DNA of 64,000 nt from Psammoneis japonica. Taxonomy: Eukaryota. The DNA lies in contig QPGO01000053.1 in the NCBI GenBank assembly GCA_008632985.1, positions 186,001 through 250,000 on the forward strand. Reading direction: 5' to 3'. This document shows positions 38,401 through 50,859 of the stretch, piece after piece. The notes beneath the pieces are model-generated. The model was not told where the DNA came from and ran no database searches. It saw only the letters and a program-made list of their open reading frames with translations. Both the position numbers and the translations under genes were made by a program. Numbering within the stretch: the stretch's first letter is position 1; every line of letters starts with the position of its first letter.

Positions 38401-38820
38401 GAGCTGCAACAAGTCTTTGGCGGCGTCATTTAGGAACGGGGTCGAGTCGTCAGTGTCCTTGTGATTGGCAATCAAAAATCGAGCTTTTGCTCTTCTGTAG
38501 AGCAGCTTACATCGCAAAGATGATATTGCCTTTTCGTCCGACGTTTTGCTGCTTATTTTTTCGAGACATTCCAACGCCCGCGTACAATCACCAACAACAT
38601 CTTCCAACAAATTTAAATCATTATTGTTCGTTTGTTGTTTGAGACGACAAGCTGCTCGGTTCGATAGCAACATAACTTCTAGCATAGTTCCGTTGCCACC
38701 GTGTCTGAGCTCCAGCAAGGCATTGGTATAGTAGCGAATGGCTTGATCAATGTCGTTGTTTTGGAAGCACGCATTTCCTTTTTGTTTTAGTTCTTCGACT
38801 TTTGCCGTCGGATCGCTCAT
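35383..38820 (-). CDS. UNC45: UNC-45/UCS myosin chaperone with N-terminal TPR; exons 38820-36238, 36150-35383
   Basis: TPR (LKQKGNACF...AIRYYTNAL...LSNRAACRLK). UCS motifs GIELLSYLASKTIVKEEL, RGSMVQQG, IAKLLVTTNP, HFEALLAVTNLAS, MVRRAATEAMCNL. Confidence 0.9.
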
Positions 38821-38839
38821 TTTTATCTTCACGTTTCTG

Positions 38840-38895
38840 TCACAACGAATCTTTTATGTTCAGTAAATCACAACGAATCTTTTATGTTCAGTAAA
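38840..38895. repeat. Perfect 28-bp tandem duplication in the UNC-45 5' region
   Basis: tcacaacgaatcttttatgttcagtaaa x2. Confidence 0.9.
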
Positions 38896-40825
38896 TCAGA
38901 AAGCTTCACCAGAGAGTTGCGCTTCGAAGATTTCAAGTACAGCGCCAATCATCGCGATCATGTTGATAGAGACGAGAGAGCCGAGGTCGAGATCGCGATG
39001 AGCGACGATGATGTGCGTCGCGGGGGCGCGCTCGGCGGCGCGCCTGCGATGTTCAACAGCATCAGCTTCTAACCAATGAACTGCTGTTCTGGGTTGTGAT
39101 GTGAGAGAGCCAAGGTTGCAGCAACCAGATGCAGGGCAGCGGCAGCAAATGAGCCAAGGCAGCAGACTCTGCCTGCCACCAGCTGGACATCCCCCATGCA
39201 AGAAAAGTTTCCAGCAGGGTGGCCACATGTTCACCAGCAGTGCACAACGAGAGAAGAGCCACAGGCCATCACACCACACATGTGTTGACTGTCACCTTTT
39301 CTTGTGTCAGCACATGGGCTGAGTGCTGTGTGGCAGTGTGCATGATCCACAGGAGGGTAGCAATTTTGGGACTGGTTTCACTTGGTCAGGAGACAGATCT
39401 TGTTTCTTGCAGGAATGGGTGGATTTGGCAGGCAATCGTGGTGTGTCCAGTGTTTGGCGGGGGAGCTTCCAAAAAAGTCATCCATCAAGATGGCACGCAT
39501 GCTGGGGGTGAAGTGCAGGGCAAAGTGACAGCAAGTGACCTGAGTTCTTCCAGCAGCTTTTGACATTGGCCACAGAACATTTGCACAGCATGTGGACATC
39601 AGAGTGCACGAAATGTTAAAAATGTGCAGATTCGCATGATGATGATTTGTTAAAATGTTGCAAAATGTTGTTGTCACATGATGACAGGCCAACCTCTGGT
39701 TGCAAGTTTGGTGCACCAACATTGCAGTGACTTGTTGAGAATCATGTTTGCTGTTTTTCACCATGTCCACATCACCATTTCTGCCTCCACCTTGTTGCCA
39801 TGTGCCAATGCGTGATTGCATTGTGCCACACAAACCTTGGTTTGCCAATTTTCGCAAACATTGTTTTAAACGAGAAAAACATTTCATTGGTCAAGTCAAT
39901 TCCTTGTTGCATCTGCAGTGCAATGACTGAGTGCCGTGTCAACTGTGCGCACATTTTCTTGCTGCAACTCTCTTAAACCAAGCCAACAATCATCATCGGA
40001 CTCGTCTTCATTGGACTCGTCTTCATGATTCGTCTCCTCCGTCGTTTGTTTTTCCTTTTGTGCCTTCCTCCTGCTCATCATTGTTGCCATTGTCGTCCCT
40101 GCTGCTCTCCACCATTGGGCTGTTCATTGCCTTCACCTTCTCCGTGTCACTGGCCGGTGCTGTCTTCTTCTTCTTTTTTGCTTCTCTTCGGACTTCTCGC
40201 ACTCGCTTTTCTTGATCTCCGCGTGCCACTTTTCAAACTCCTTGCCCTCCTTGGAGTCTCTGTCTTTTGTCACCTCTGTGTGTGAATCGTTGAACCGAAT
40301 GATTCCGTTGTCTCCCTAAGACTCTCGTTGTTTCTTTGGCTTCATGCACCGAGGGGCAGGCCTTGTTTCTTCGAGCTCCATTTCCTCACCCAATTCTTCC
40401 ACCGCCTCCTCCTTGTTCCTGCATGCCCACACCTGCCAACAATTCTCCACAGCTGACAGTGCCAAAGCTTCGTCACCTGCCACAAACAACTGTGAGACCT
40501 GTGCGTTCCCAGTTTTGACGGCGCGACTCCATGCCTGCTTTTGCTTGGTTTGAGGTGGGATGTGATCACAGAACCACTTGCATGCCTGCTTGTTCCTTCA
40601 TTTGCTGCCGGTGACAGTGTCCAGGCCAAACGGATCCCATGTCGGCACAAACAGGGTGTCATTCTCTTCATTCTTGTCACGGCTTGACTTTTTCCTGTTT
40701 TGCTTTTTCCTCCTGACTGCCGCCTTGAGTTTCTTTTCTTTTTCCTTTCCCTCTTCCTTGGTGACAATGCCTGCACAGACAAAGCATCACCGTCATCTTC
40801 TTGTGAGATGCGCACAACTCTCGAA

Positions 40826-41194
40826 TCACACACATTGGTCACTTGACTTGCGGGCCATTGCCTCCGCCTTTCTGCGATTGCCAATTTGCCTTTTTGCCGC
40901 CTTTTTTGCCCATTCCTCCCAAGTTCCTGACCAATTTGAAGTGTCCATGTTGCCACCAGCAATCTGTTTCTTGACAAACATTGAGACGCTCCCATTGCTT
41001 GCCAATTCTGACGGACTGAGAAACTTCACCTGTGGAAAGAGATCATTTCTGGCCACCTTCTCCACTTCTGATTTCAATGCACCATGCGCTGCCTGCGCAC
41101 CTGTTCTCTTCAACACTGCCTGAAGTCTCAGGCTCATTGGCCCAATGGTCTCATTTTTCTTTCTCTTCTTTGCCGGTGGTGCTGGAGACGACAT
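40826..41194 (-). pseudogene. Hypermutated hypothetical gene (NLS-like PAKKRKK; VARNDLFPQVKFL motif)
   Basis: Protein-like ORF with no Tyr. A possible decayed donor GCAAGT (from GTAAGT) lies near 40851. Confidence 0.4.
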
Positions 41195-41899
41195 CTTGAT
41201 CTTTGCGCGGCAACAATCGAGAGCAGTGTTGCTGTTTGACAGTGCAACCGTCGTCTGGGTCGTGTTGAGACAGCCAGCCACTCCACTTTTCTCTGTGACA
41301 TTGCACAAATTGTTGTCAGCAACATTGAAATTTGAAAATGTGTTCACACATGACAATGAACAGTCCAACTTGCTTTTTGATGTGGCTGTCATTGCGTTTC
41401 AACGGAGACAATGTCCTTCATTTTGACAGCAAATAAAAAAGAACAACATTCACTGCAAATGCCAGATAAAAAATCAAAATGCAGACACGTCGTGCCTGTG
41501 AGAATCATCCAAATCTGCAAGACAATGTAATGTTTGCCATTTTCCCGCCATTTTTTGCGTGTTGTTCTTCTTTTCCCGTCTCATCCACAAGACAAGGACG
41601 ACGAGCATGAGTCTTGATGAAGGCCCTGTCAAGATTGACCAGAGAACTGTGAGGCAACGGCATCAGCACACAGACTTGGTCAGTCGCTGGCAGCTTGGCT
41701 TTCAACGCCTGAGAAGACTCAGTGCTCACCTGAGTCATGGGTTGTCCCTGTCGAAGCAATTGGGGACAATGTTTTGGTTTATGAACAATGTCCAGGAGCA
41801 GCAGAAGTGCAAGAAAAGGCCCCATTTGTTTGGGCTGCACAGGACAGAAGGAAGTGTTGGTCAGATTTGTTTCTAAAACAGGATGCGCGTGTCAATCTG

Positions 41900-42877
41900 T
41901 CATTCACTCACAGCAATTGCCTGACTCTTTCTTGCAAACATGATGAGTTTGATCCTTTCAGAATTGGCAAAGTCATTGCGGTGCACGTGAAGCAGTGCGG
42001 TGCGAGCACCTTCCGTTGCTTTTGTTCTGATGTCTTCTTCGGAAACTCCAAGATGAGCTTCTTCCTGATCGGAAGGCTTTCCCAACCACCGTTCTCGCTG
42101 TTCTTGGGTTGTGAGGTTGCTTGCAAAGAACACTTGGGTTGTGAGGTTGCTTGCAAAGAACACGCACATGTCGAACACAGCCGATAATTTCTTCCATTGT
42201 TTGACGACCTGGAAGAAGGTTGCAAGAGCAAAGGGAATCACTGTGTCCCCCCCTTCTTCGTTTTTGGAGAGCAAGGCCCAAAGATCAATTGGATTTTGGA
42301 AAAATTGAGTCGTCCCAAAACGACTGTTGCACCACTCTCCATCTGGCATCCAGCAGCAGTCCAACATGATTTGGTCGAACCCATGATTGTCGAAATCAAC
42401 AAGTTTCTCAAACTGCTGCTTGACTCTCTTGACAAAATCTCTTGCTTTCACATTGCAATTTAAGTGCAGATCAGGATGTCCATCTTGGAGAGAAACTGTT
42501 GGAACGACATTTGTGATTGTTTTGTCAGATTCCTCAAATGCCACTGCGCGGGCCTCGTCTCGCCTGTGTTGGTCGGACAACACCAAGGCCACCCCCTTCT
42601 CAGAGCACAATTCTTGAGAAGATAGTTGCCTTGCATTGAGCGGATGGGTCATCCCCAACCACAGCACATTGTGTGTTTCCCCGTCAGTTTCATCACTTGC
42701 GAAACAATCTCCTGAGTCGCTGTGGTCCTCTTCACCCTCGGAGCAATGTGCAACTTGGTTGTGCTCATCATCAACAGGCTCTTCGCTTTTGTCCTCTTCA
42801 CCCATGCAAGCAGTTGGAAGTTTGCTTGTTTTCTTGTCAATTGACTCCTCCTTGCAATCATTGTCACCTTTGTTCAT
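41900..42877 (-). pseudogene. Hypermutated gene, possibly Rossmann methyltransferase-like
   Basis: Acidic N-terminus, NVLWLGMTH, GFDQIMLDCCWMP, and an internal 30-bp tandem duplication (42103-42162). No Tyr. Confidence 0.4.
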
Positions 42878-43013
42878 TGCGAATGACAACAAATCACCGG
42901 CAGCCTTCTTCCTGTTAGAACGAGAAATCAATGTGATGATGTCAGCACAATCAGACAAAAAACAAATGTGATTGCCATGAAAAAGCAACCTCTCTTTGCC
43001 GTTCCAGTTCGGC

Positions 43014-46000
43014 TCAAACTTTGTCAATCGACACGAGTGGGACTGGCTCCCATTCATGCCTTCCAAACCGCTTGATCATTGATTGCCCATCAGAGAACAA
43101 GAGCAACAGATGCTGTCCGCAACAAAAGACATCGCAGATTCCCATCTTTTCACGAGCTGCACTCAGGTCACATGGCAAAGACTCTGGGCCATTCTTTCCA
43201 CAGTCTTCCAAATCAAAATCACCCTCTGTCCGTTCCAAGAGTAAATCACACTCCTCCACTGGGACCTTCATTTCCTCCATTTGCTTTGCCGCTCCCAACT
43301 TGGCCACCGGATGGACAAGATTACGAAGGTCAGGGTGAGGATGGATCCCTGTGCCACACAGCATCAATGTCTGCACAGAGTTCATGCATCTGAACTCTCC
43401 ACAATCAGCACCTGCATGATCCCATGTTTGGACCACGGTTTGAAACACATCCTCAATCACCTTGTGGTCAAACGTTGGCTTGCCAACATTGTCGTTGATC
43501 CAGTCGATGACAACAACCAGTCCGCCAACAAGCAAATCCATCAAACCGTTGAGTTTCGTCCTGCACTCTGCCACATGAACCTCCTCGAAATTGAGTCCCG
43601 GGCTCTGCATGCGTCGGTTGTTTCGATCCCCCGCAATGCTGCCGAACAGCCTCGCAGCTTCTCTGAAGTGATGAAGGACACGATCGCCAGCCACGAAAGG
43701 ATGCTTCACAGCATCTGTGTTGCACAACAAGCAGTGAAAACGGGAGAATCCGGTTTGACACCCAGCCACAACGGCACAACAAAAGCAATCATGTGCACCA
43801 ACCTCATCGAGGTTGTCAATGATTGCCGAACAACCGCGCAAGAAATTAAAGTCCTTCATGATGGCAAACGGAAGACATTTCCTCGGCATGACAATGACGG
43901 GATGCTCAACTGTGTCGGACGGAAGATTTGGCTTGCCAATTTCCTCTTCCACCCACACAGAGTGAGGGTCAAGGAAAAAATCTTTGATGTTTCTGTGGGT
44001 TGGCTTGCCCGACGGAGGACAACAAGGGCCGCGGCATCTCATCATTTCTGCAGCATGTGACAGATCAAGTTTTGCGAAATGACCATGCACACACAATTGG
44101 AACTCGGCATGCCCATGTGCCGAACTGACACAGTTTCCAGCATTGCCTTTGGATGCAGTGACAACCTTCAACGACCAAGAGCGACCAACAGTGTCTCGCA
44201 GTGATGAGCAAAGAGCACCAGTCTTGGTGCACCCATCCATGTCACAATCCTCTTTGTTGGTGTGCAGCTCAGTTTTCGAATTGACGGATTTTTTGCCGGA
44301 CGACGAGATGCACTTAACTTGAATTTCCATGCCTTCCCTTCTAATGTGCTTGGCTCCAACCATCTTACGGAGCTCAGCCGCGAAAAGACTGTCACGGTGC
44401 GGGTCATGGAAGGAACGCATTTCTTTCAATGCAACAAGATTAATTTTGTCCTCGCAGAGTTGCGTGGCATCCAAGATTGAGGCCATCATTGCCTGCACAT
44501 CCTTTGGAAGCTTCTCCCACTTGTCCCTGCCAAAGATGGCACCAGGCTTGTGAGCAGGTCCCACTTCAGCTAACTCACCGTCTGCAACTTCGTAATTCTG
44601 GCCACAACAACCAAAACAGATCCGACAGCGCAACTTGCATTCTGGTCCATCCCTTTTTTCGTTCGGCTCGCCATGTTCCAACACTGCACGGAGCATCGAC
44701 GACACACTGAATCGCAACCCAAAAAAGCATTTCTGATGCATCTTGTCCGTGTGTTGCAAACAAGTGACCACGTCGTGAGAGGTTGACTGGGTCGGGCAAG
44801 TGATCGCAACCATCGATTCTTGCGTCGGATCATTGGGAGCTGTGCCATTTTCAAATCCATGCACAAACTTGCAGAGGTGATTTGCCAAGTGGAAATCGGA
44901 GATGCTGTGGAATGGCTGGTGCTTGACACAGAATGGGGGTTTCCTCAAAGACGACAAGGCAAGAATGTTGTGACTTCACCTCACCCGGAATCGCAAACGG
45001 AGATGGTTCAGGAAACACTTTCACAAGCTCTTCTTTTGTGAAATTGTCTGGCGGAGGAGGAGGCAACTGATGAGTCATGCCGAGGGTCGGCCACTTTGTT
45101 CGGGAACATTCAAATTGTTCCTTGAGAGTCAGCACATCTTGGAGAATCAGCGATTTGTTCTGAGAAACATCAGAAGGTTCACCATCTTTGGGGTTTTTGA
45201 GACTGGGGCTTGAGGAGCAAAGGGAGGCGGCCAAAGAGGTGGCAAGAAGAATGGAAGAATTGGAGATGAGAAGAGGAGGACAAACAATCAATCAAACAAT
45301 GTGATGGATTCATGCCATTGGGATTTTTTCGTTTCCGAGCATTTTTCGTAACGGGTGGAATTGCATTGCCGATTTCTTTCTTCTTGTGCTGAGTGGCAAA
45401 GTCACGAAGCCTGGCTTTCCACACAGCCTCAAAACGATCCCTTGCAGCCTTGCCTTTGCCGGAATCGTCAGCGGCAGAAACCACACAATCAATTTTCACA
45501 CATCTTAAAAGAGTCTCATCGACATGTGTTGCACACATTTGTTCTTGCTCGACATCGAGCATTGCCAGTCGCACAGGCTTTTCCCAAGAATGTTTGTGTT
45601 GGCGGAACAACGACTTTACGAATTCAGGGAAGGACATGGGGCATTCGTCTTTGGTCATCTCACAGTGACCAAGAGCCAGGAAATTCTCCAAAAAGTTGAT
45701 GCAAGTCGAGGTCTTGTCACATTCGCCGAACAGGGAGCACAGCCAACAACTGCAACCACCATTCCTTTCAGGTGCGCACGGTGGAATCTTGTCACGAAGA
45801 ATCAAAAAACCAATGTGAAGGCATTGCGCGTGACGCAAAACCTTCCCTTCAAAACTTCTCAGCTCAATGTGCTTGACAAGTGGCTCTCCCTTTGGGTCGC
45901 ACAATCCGGGATCATGGAGAAGCTTGTGCAACATGGAAATCTTTGCCATCACGTTGGTTGCAATGTCTGTTGATTTTGCCTTGTCGCCGACAACTTTCAC

Positions 46001-46411
46001 ATCCTCTGCTTTGGGAGCACGGCGACACTCCAACGCATGAGGATGTTTGGCGCCTTGACTGGAATGACTCCATCCTTTTGCGGAAAGAAAGTGCAGCAAG
46101 CTCTTGCACCCAAGTTCCTTTGCAACAATGCAGTTCACAGCCATTGGTTCTACAAAAAAATGAGGTCTGCCCTTTGACTTTTGCCACACATGGGCAAGTG
46201 CGATCCAATTCGGAGAGGGATCACAAGTGGAATTGCGGTGAAACTGAACCTTGGATTTCACCGTCTCGATTGTCGCTTTGACACGGCTCCGCTCGTTGCT
46301 GTCGATCACTCCAAAACCGTTGGCAAAGAGAGATTCAAATGTGGCCTCCTCGAGGTGGGAATCATTGTTGTCTTGCAACTGAGAGGCAACCGATGGGTCA
46401 CGCAGCGCCAT
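43014..46411 (-). pseudogene. Large hypermutated gene (over 1000 codons) broken by a decayed intron (45315-45231) and a probable frameshift near 44950
   Basis: ORFs 45179-46699, 44851-45291 and 43014-44957 are collinear and protein-like. Almost no Tyr, with excess Cys/His. Confidence 0.55.
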
Positions 46412-48912
46412 GGTTGCTGTTCCAACACCAAAAAATCTGGTTTCTGTGGAAACATGCCAGAGTGGTGTGTGGGAGAAGTCACATGCGCACCAGGTGCGAT
46501 TTGGAGTTTTAAACACAAAAACCTGCCAGACGCGCATGTGACTTCTCCCAGGGAAATCCTGCGTGAGATTGTGCCGGGAAAGGGCAGTGCGGAGTGTAGA
46601 ACTGATGGAAGAAAATGTTGTGCAGAACAGTGCGTTAAGGCACGTGAAAAACAGGTGGGTGCCTTCAAGTGACGCATGCGAACAATCATAAAGAAACATT
46701 CAGAAATGGAGATGGCATGGAGAGAAGTCAGAAACATGGATCCAAAACAAAGTGACACAACAGAAAAAACAACAACAACAACTGGAGATGAAGGCAACGG
46801 CAATGGGATTGATGAAAAAGAAGGATTCGGATGGAAAGACGCCGGAGACAGTGAAAACAGGCAGGGCCAAGACGAGGAAGGAAGAGAAAAATGGGACGGG
46901 CAAAATGAAGAAAGACAAAAAGAAGCCGATGACACGACATCAAGAGGGGAGCAGCAGTGCGATTCAGCATTTCGAGGGACCTCTTTCTCTCGATGATGTT
47001 CACCCAAATGCAAGAAATGCAGTGTGGCTTTTTTGGAACGGTGACGAGGAAACATCCAACGCGGCAGCAGCATGTTTGAAATTCTTGCAAGAGAGCGGAC
47101 AAGACACATGGAATGAAGAGGACGATGCGGACGACTGGGCAAATTGGAGCACAGTTGTTGATTGAACAATTGGTGCACACTTTGCATGATGAAAATTTCA
47201 TTGCATGCAGTTGCAATGTTTGGCTTGTCGTCAAAGATCGTCAGTTGTTTTGAAAAAGGCAGAGCACAAAAATTAAAATGCATCTGTGTTCAAACATGAA
47301 GAACAGCAGGAGACCAATGATCAACTGAATGACAAAAACCGTCATGTGCAGACAAGTAGATTTTACAACATGGCAATGTGTTTTTGTCATGTGTGCAGAC
47401 ATTACGATGTTGTGCACTCTGATGGAAACAGCCCTTGTGTGACAGCAATTCAAGTCTGGTGCACCAACATGGTGCGAGCTGCAGCATGATGCTGTCCTGC
47501 TTTCCTCCCCTTGTGGCAGCTGTGCTCAGTGGACAAGGGTCTTTTGTGTGCAGGGGTGTTGCACTCATTGAGGGGTTGCAGTGCATTGACAATGGTGCAC
47601 AGGAGGGGTTTGGCAGATGTTGTGTTGAGCGAACACGGAGCCCTGTGCATGGCACCGCCCACTGAGCCATTGACACAGATGTTGATGTGGGCCAGTTGGC
47701 ACTGCTGATCAGGGCTTGGATGTGGATCTAGTGTGATGTGGGGGGCACTGGGACTGCCAAGTTGGTTGTGGGTTGCAGGGGCAGCGGCGCATGCTTTGGC
47801 ACCTGAGTGGCAGCTAAAAGCAAATGCACAGCAGAGGCAGTGGCACAATGTTGTTTTGCACCAACTTGGTGTTTGCATGTTTGTTGATGGCATCAGCATC
47901 AGTGCAAAAGAAACATGGTGATGAGTTGGGTCAGCCCATGGGGGAAGTTGTGTGAATGTCACCACTGCTGACAGAGAGTCTCACCTGGTGTGCTTGGGAA
48001 GATGACCTCAAGCTGGTTGTGGGCATGATCTCAGGTGCACTCGCCCCTTGCTGGCAGGATGCACCTCAACAAGTGATCCAATGTGCCGGTGCATGAAACC
48101 CTCATGGCTTCCACAAAAGAATGGGGTTGGCCTGCCAACTCAATTTTTGGATCCTCAATTCACCACAGATCCAAGGGGTGGACACCACCAATGATGAATG
48201 CCACCCTTTTCCAATGCTTTGCCTTGTCATGCTCTCTGATCTGTGCATCGTCAAAGCCCTTCTAAAAACTGTTGGGGTGGCTTTCTATCTCCCCTCCAAT
48301 GGACCCATGCAGCCCACTTGTTGTGCGCGCCATTTGTTGTTGAGCACCATGATTCTGAAACTCAGAAGTCTTCACAGCATCGCGATGGTGAAGCAGAGGT
48401 GAAGGCTGTCCACTCACAATCAGATGACTGCCTGGTGAGAGACAGGGGGCGCATTGAACATCTTGCTCACTCAACACATCATCTTCACAATTGATTGGCC
48501 TTGGTTAAACCCATGTTAAAGTCCAGCATTCGAGAAGCAAAACCTTTTGCTGCCAGAGGCACGAGAATCGGGTGATGCCGATCTTGGCCAATTGCCATGC
48601 TCCTGCCGCATTGTCAGTGTGCTGGGGGTGTGGGTTAGCTTGTTGCTGGAGAAGCAGGGTGGAAGCGCAGCAGCACTTCAAAAACAGATTTTAGGTTTTG
48701 TTTTGTTTGTTGTTGAGTGGCAGACAATCGATGTCTCCAACAATTAATCTGGGTCCATGCGGCAGTTCGTCATCCAAAGACTGGGCAGATGCTTTGCACA
48801 AAGCCTGACATTTCATTGCATTTCCATGTTCATCTGGTCACTTTTCCTTCTTTTGCAGGTTCTGTGCCAACTGTCCCACAAAGTTTGGCATGCAAAAGCG
48901 AAAAGATGGTTT

Positions 48913-49571
48913 GGAATTGGCAATGGCCTTCCCACGCCATGCATGAATCCAAACGCTCCACCGAGACCTCCTGTGTTGCCTTGTCGTCAATCCGCAGTGT
49001 GAAATCCATGCTCCTTGATTTTTCCATCTGCGTTGAAATCCAAGTGATGAATTTGGGGTGGATGGATGATCTCTTTTCCTGTTGCCTCAGCACCCATGAA
49101 GGGTCCCTTGTGAATGCCCTTGACACGGTTCATGAACCACACATGATTGGTTTGAAGAGGATCAACTCGCAAGCCACAAAAGTTGGCTGAAATGTCAAAG
49201 GCCGACTCCAAATCAAAGTCACCAAGGGAATTGAGATGGGCATCTCGGGGAATGGGCCCAACAACTGCTGCACAGAATTCAAAATCATCGGCCAAACACT
49301 CCCCGCTGTCCTTGGCACCGAGACCGACGCTGGGACTTGGCACTTGTTTGGCGCGTTCCAGCAACTGCTCCGGGGGAATCGCAAAGTTAGAGGCTTGCAA
49401 GAGCTTTTCTTCATTGAGGAAGCTTTCGTCAAACATGGCGGTTTCTGTTGGTTCAATGGCGGCTTTGTCGGCGAACAAAGAAACCGTTGCAACACGATTG
49501 ACGGTGCTTGTTGCAGGAGCAAACGCCAAAGCATGGCCAGCAAGAGCAAGAGAAGTGAGATGAAGCTTCAT
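48913..49571 (-). pseudogene. Pseudogene of a host-type plastid-targeted protein of unknown function
   Basis: MKLHLTSLALAGHALA|FAP bipartite signal; LADDFEFCAAVVGP; GLRVDP. An in-frame TGA at 48989-48987 is followed by the continued motif RQGNTGGLGGAFG..HGVGRPLPIP. Confidence 0.7.
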
Positions 49572-49682
49572 GGTGCTGTCGTTTTGGCAGATGCATGCCA
49601 AGCACAGAGGACAGAAAATGCAGTTGCGTCGCTGCTGAGTCGTCTTCATTTGTTGTCGTCATCTCATCTTCAATCTGTCAAA

Positions 49683-49892
49683 TTGGGGGAAGTCTCCAGC
49701 CAGCTGCTGGCTGAAAAAAGTCTGCTCGTCAGTGCGTTTGGAGGTTTTGCAAGTGCAATTTTTACGCACACAAAATGAGACAAGTCTGACCAGTGTTCAC
49801 CAAAACCCCCTGATGCACAGATTGACAGACTCTTTCAGTGCAATTTCTACACAAAATTTTTCAGCCAGCAACTGGCTGGAGACTTCCCCCAA
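49683..49892. mobile_element. MITE-like element with 36-bp terminal inverted repeats
   Basis: ttgggggaagtctccagccagctgctggctgaaaaa (49683-49718) versus the reverse complement of 49857-49892: one mismatch. No clear TSD. Confidence 0.6.
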
Positions 49893-50859
49893 AATGCGAA
49901 ATGACAAGAGTGTTGGAACCGCACGAGGTGCGGACCCACTTCTGCCGGCAGTTGTTTGCATTGGCCCGGTGTGCCACACAATCTCCAACTCATTGTGTCA
50001 TGTCATCCTGGCAGCTTGACTCAGTGCCAAGCAATGGGCCCAACAATGGTGTCCCTGCTCACTTGCGCCAGCCAGCAAGAGGGCAGCACCAAAACCAGAG
50101 TCGGTCAAAAGGCAGAGAGTGGAGGAAGAAGGGGCCAAAACAGGTTCCAACAGGTGCCTGTCAGGATCTGTTGCGTGCTGCAGCGCCGCATGATGAAACA
50201 TCAGCAAACAAAAGAAGCAATTGCAAAAACTTCCAAGGCTGTTGCTGGCTGCACCGGGAACAATGGCAGTGGTGGTGCAAGAGACTCTTGGACCAAACCG
50301 CCCAACTTTGGACCAAAGCCAGTTGCAGAAGAACACCAGACAAAATGCCGCACCAACACAACTCAAAAGTTGGAGAGCAGCCTGCAAAGTTTTCCAGGAC
50401 CATGAGCAGTCCCACAGGAAAACCTCACAACTGGGTCTTTCCACTGATCCTTGGCCAGTGCACATGCCCCCCACCCCCTGCAAAATTGAGCGGAGGTGCG
50501 CACGAGATGAAGGCTGGGCAGAAAGCTGTCACAGAGAGTTGAGGCTCCACAGCAGATGTGGCTGAAGTCAGTTTGAGCTGATTTGCAGAGCTGTGTGATG
50601 CCACAGAAAAAATGCCATTGCTGATGCTGAGCTCACCCTGCTCACCTTTTGTCAATCTTGCCAAATGTCTGTTGCACGCTGGTCTGCACAGTTTGTTTCT
50701 TTGTGTCTCTGTGGGGGCTGCTGTTGCAGCTGCTCTTTTCAACTGACCCACACATTCACAATGACCTTTGTTGCTGCTGCACTCTTGTCATGGTCAAAAC
50801 TTGCAGGCAGGAGGTCAGAAGAGGTCATGGACAAGTTGGTCATGCCAAAGTGAGAGGAC

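Noticed and set aside
47450..48700. DIRS or tyrosine-recombinase remnant
   Set aside because: Only vague resemblance; no convincing motif in any frame.
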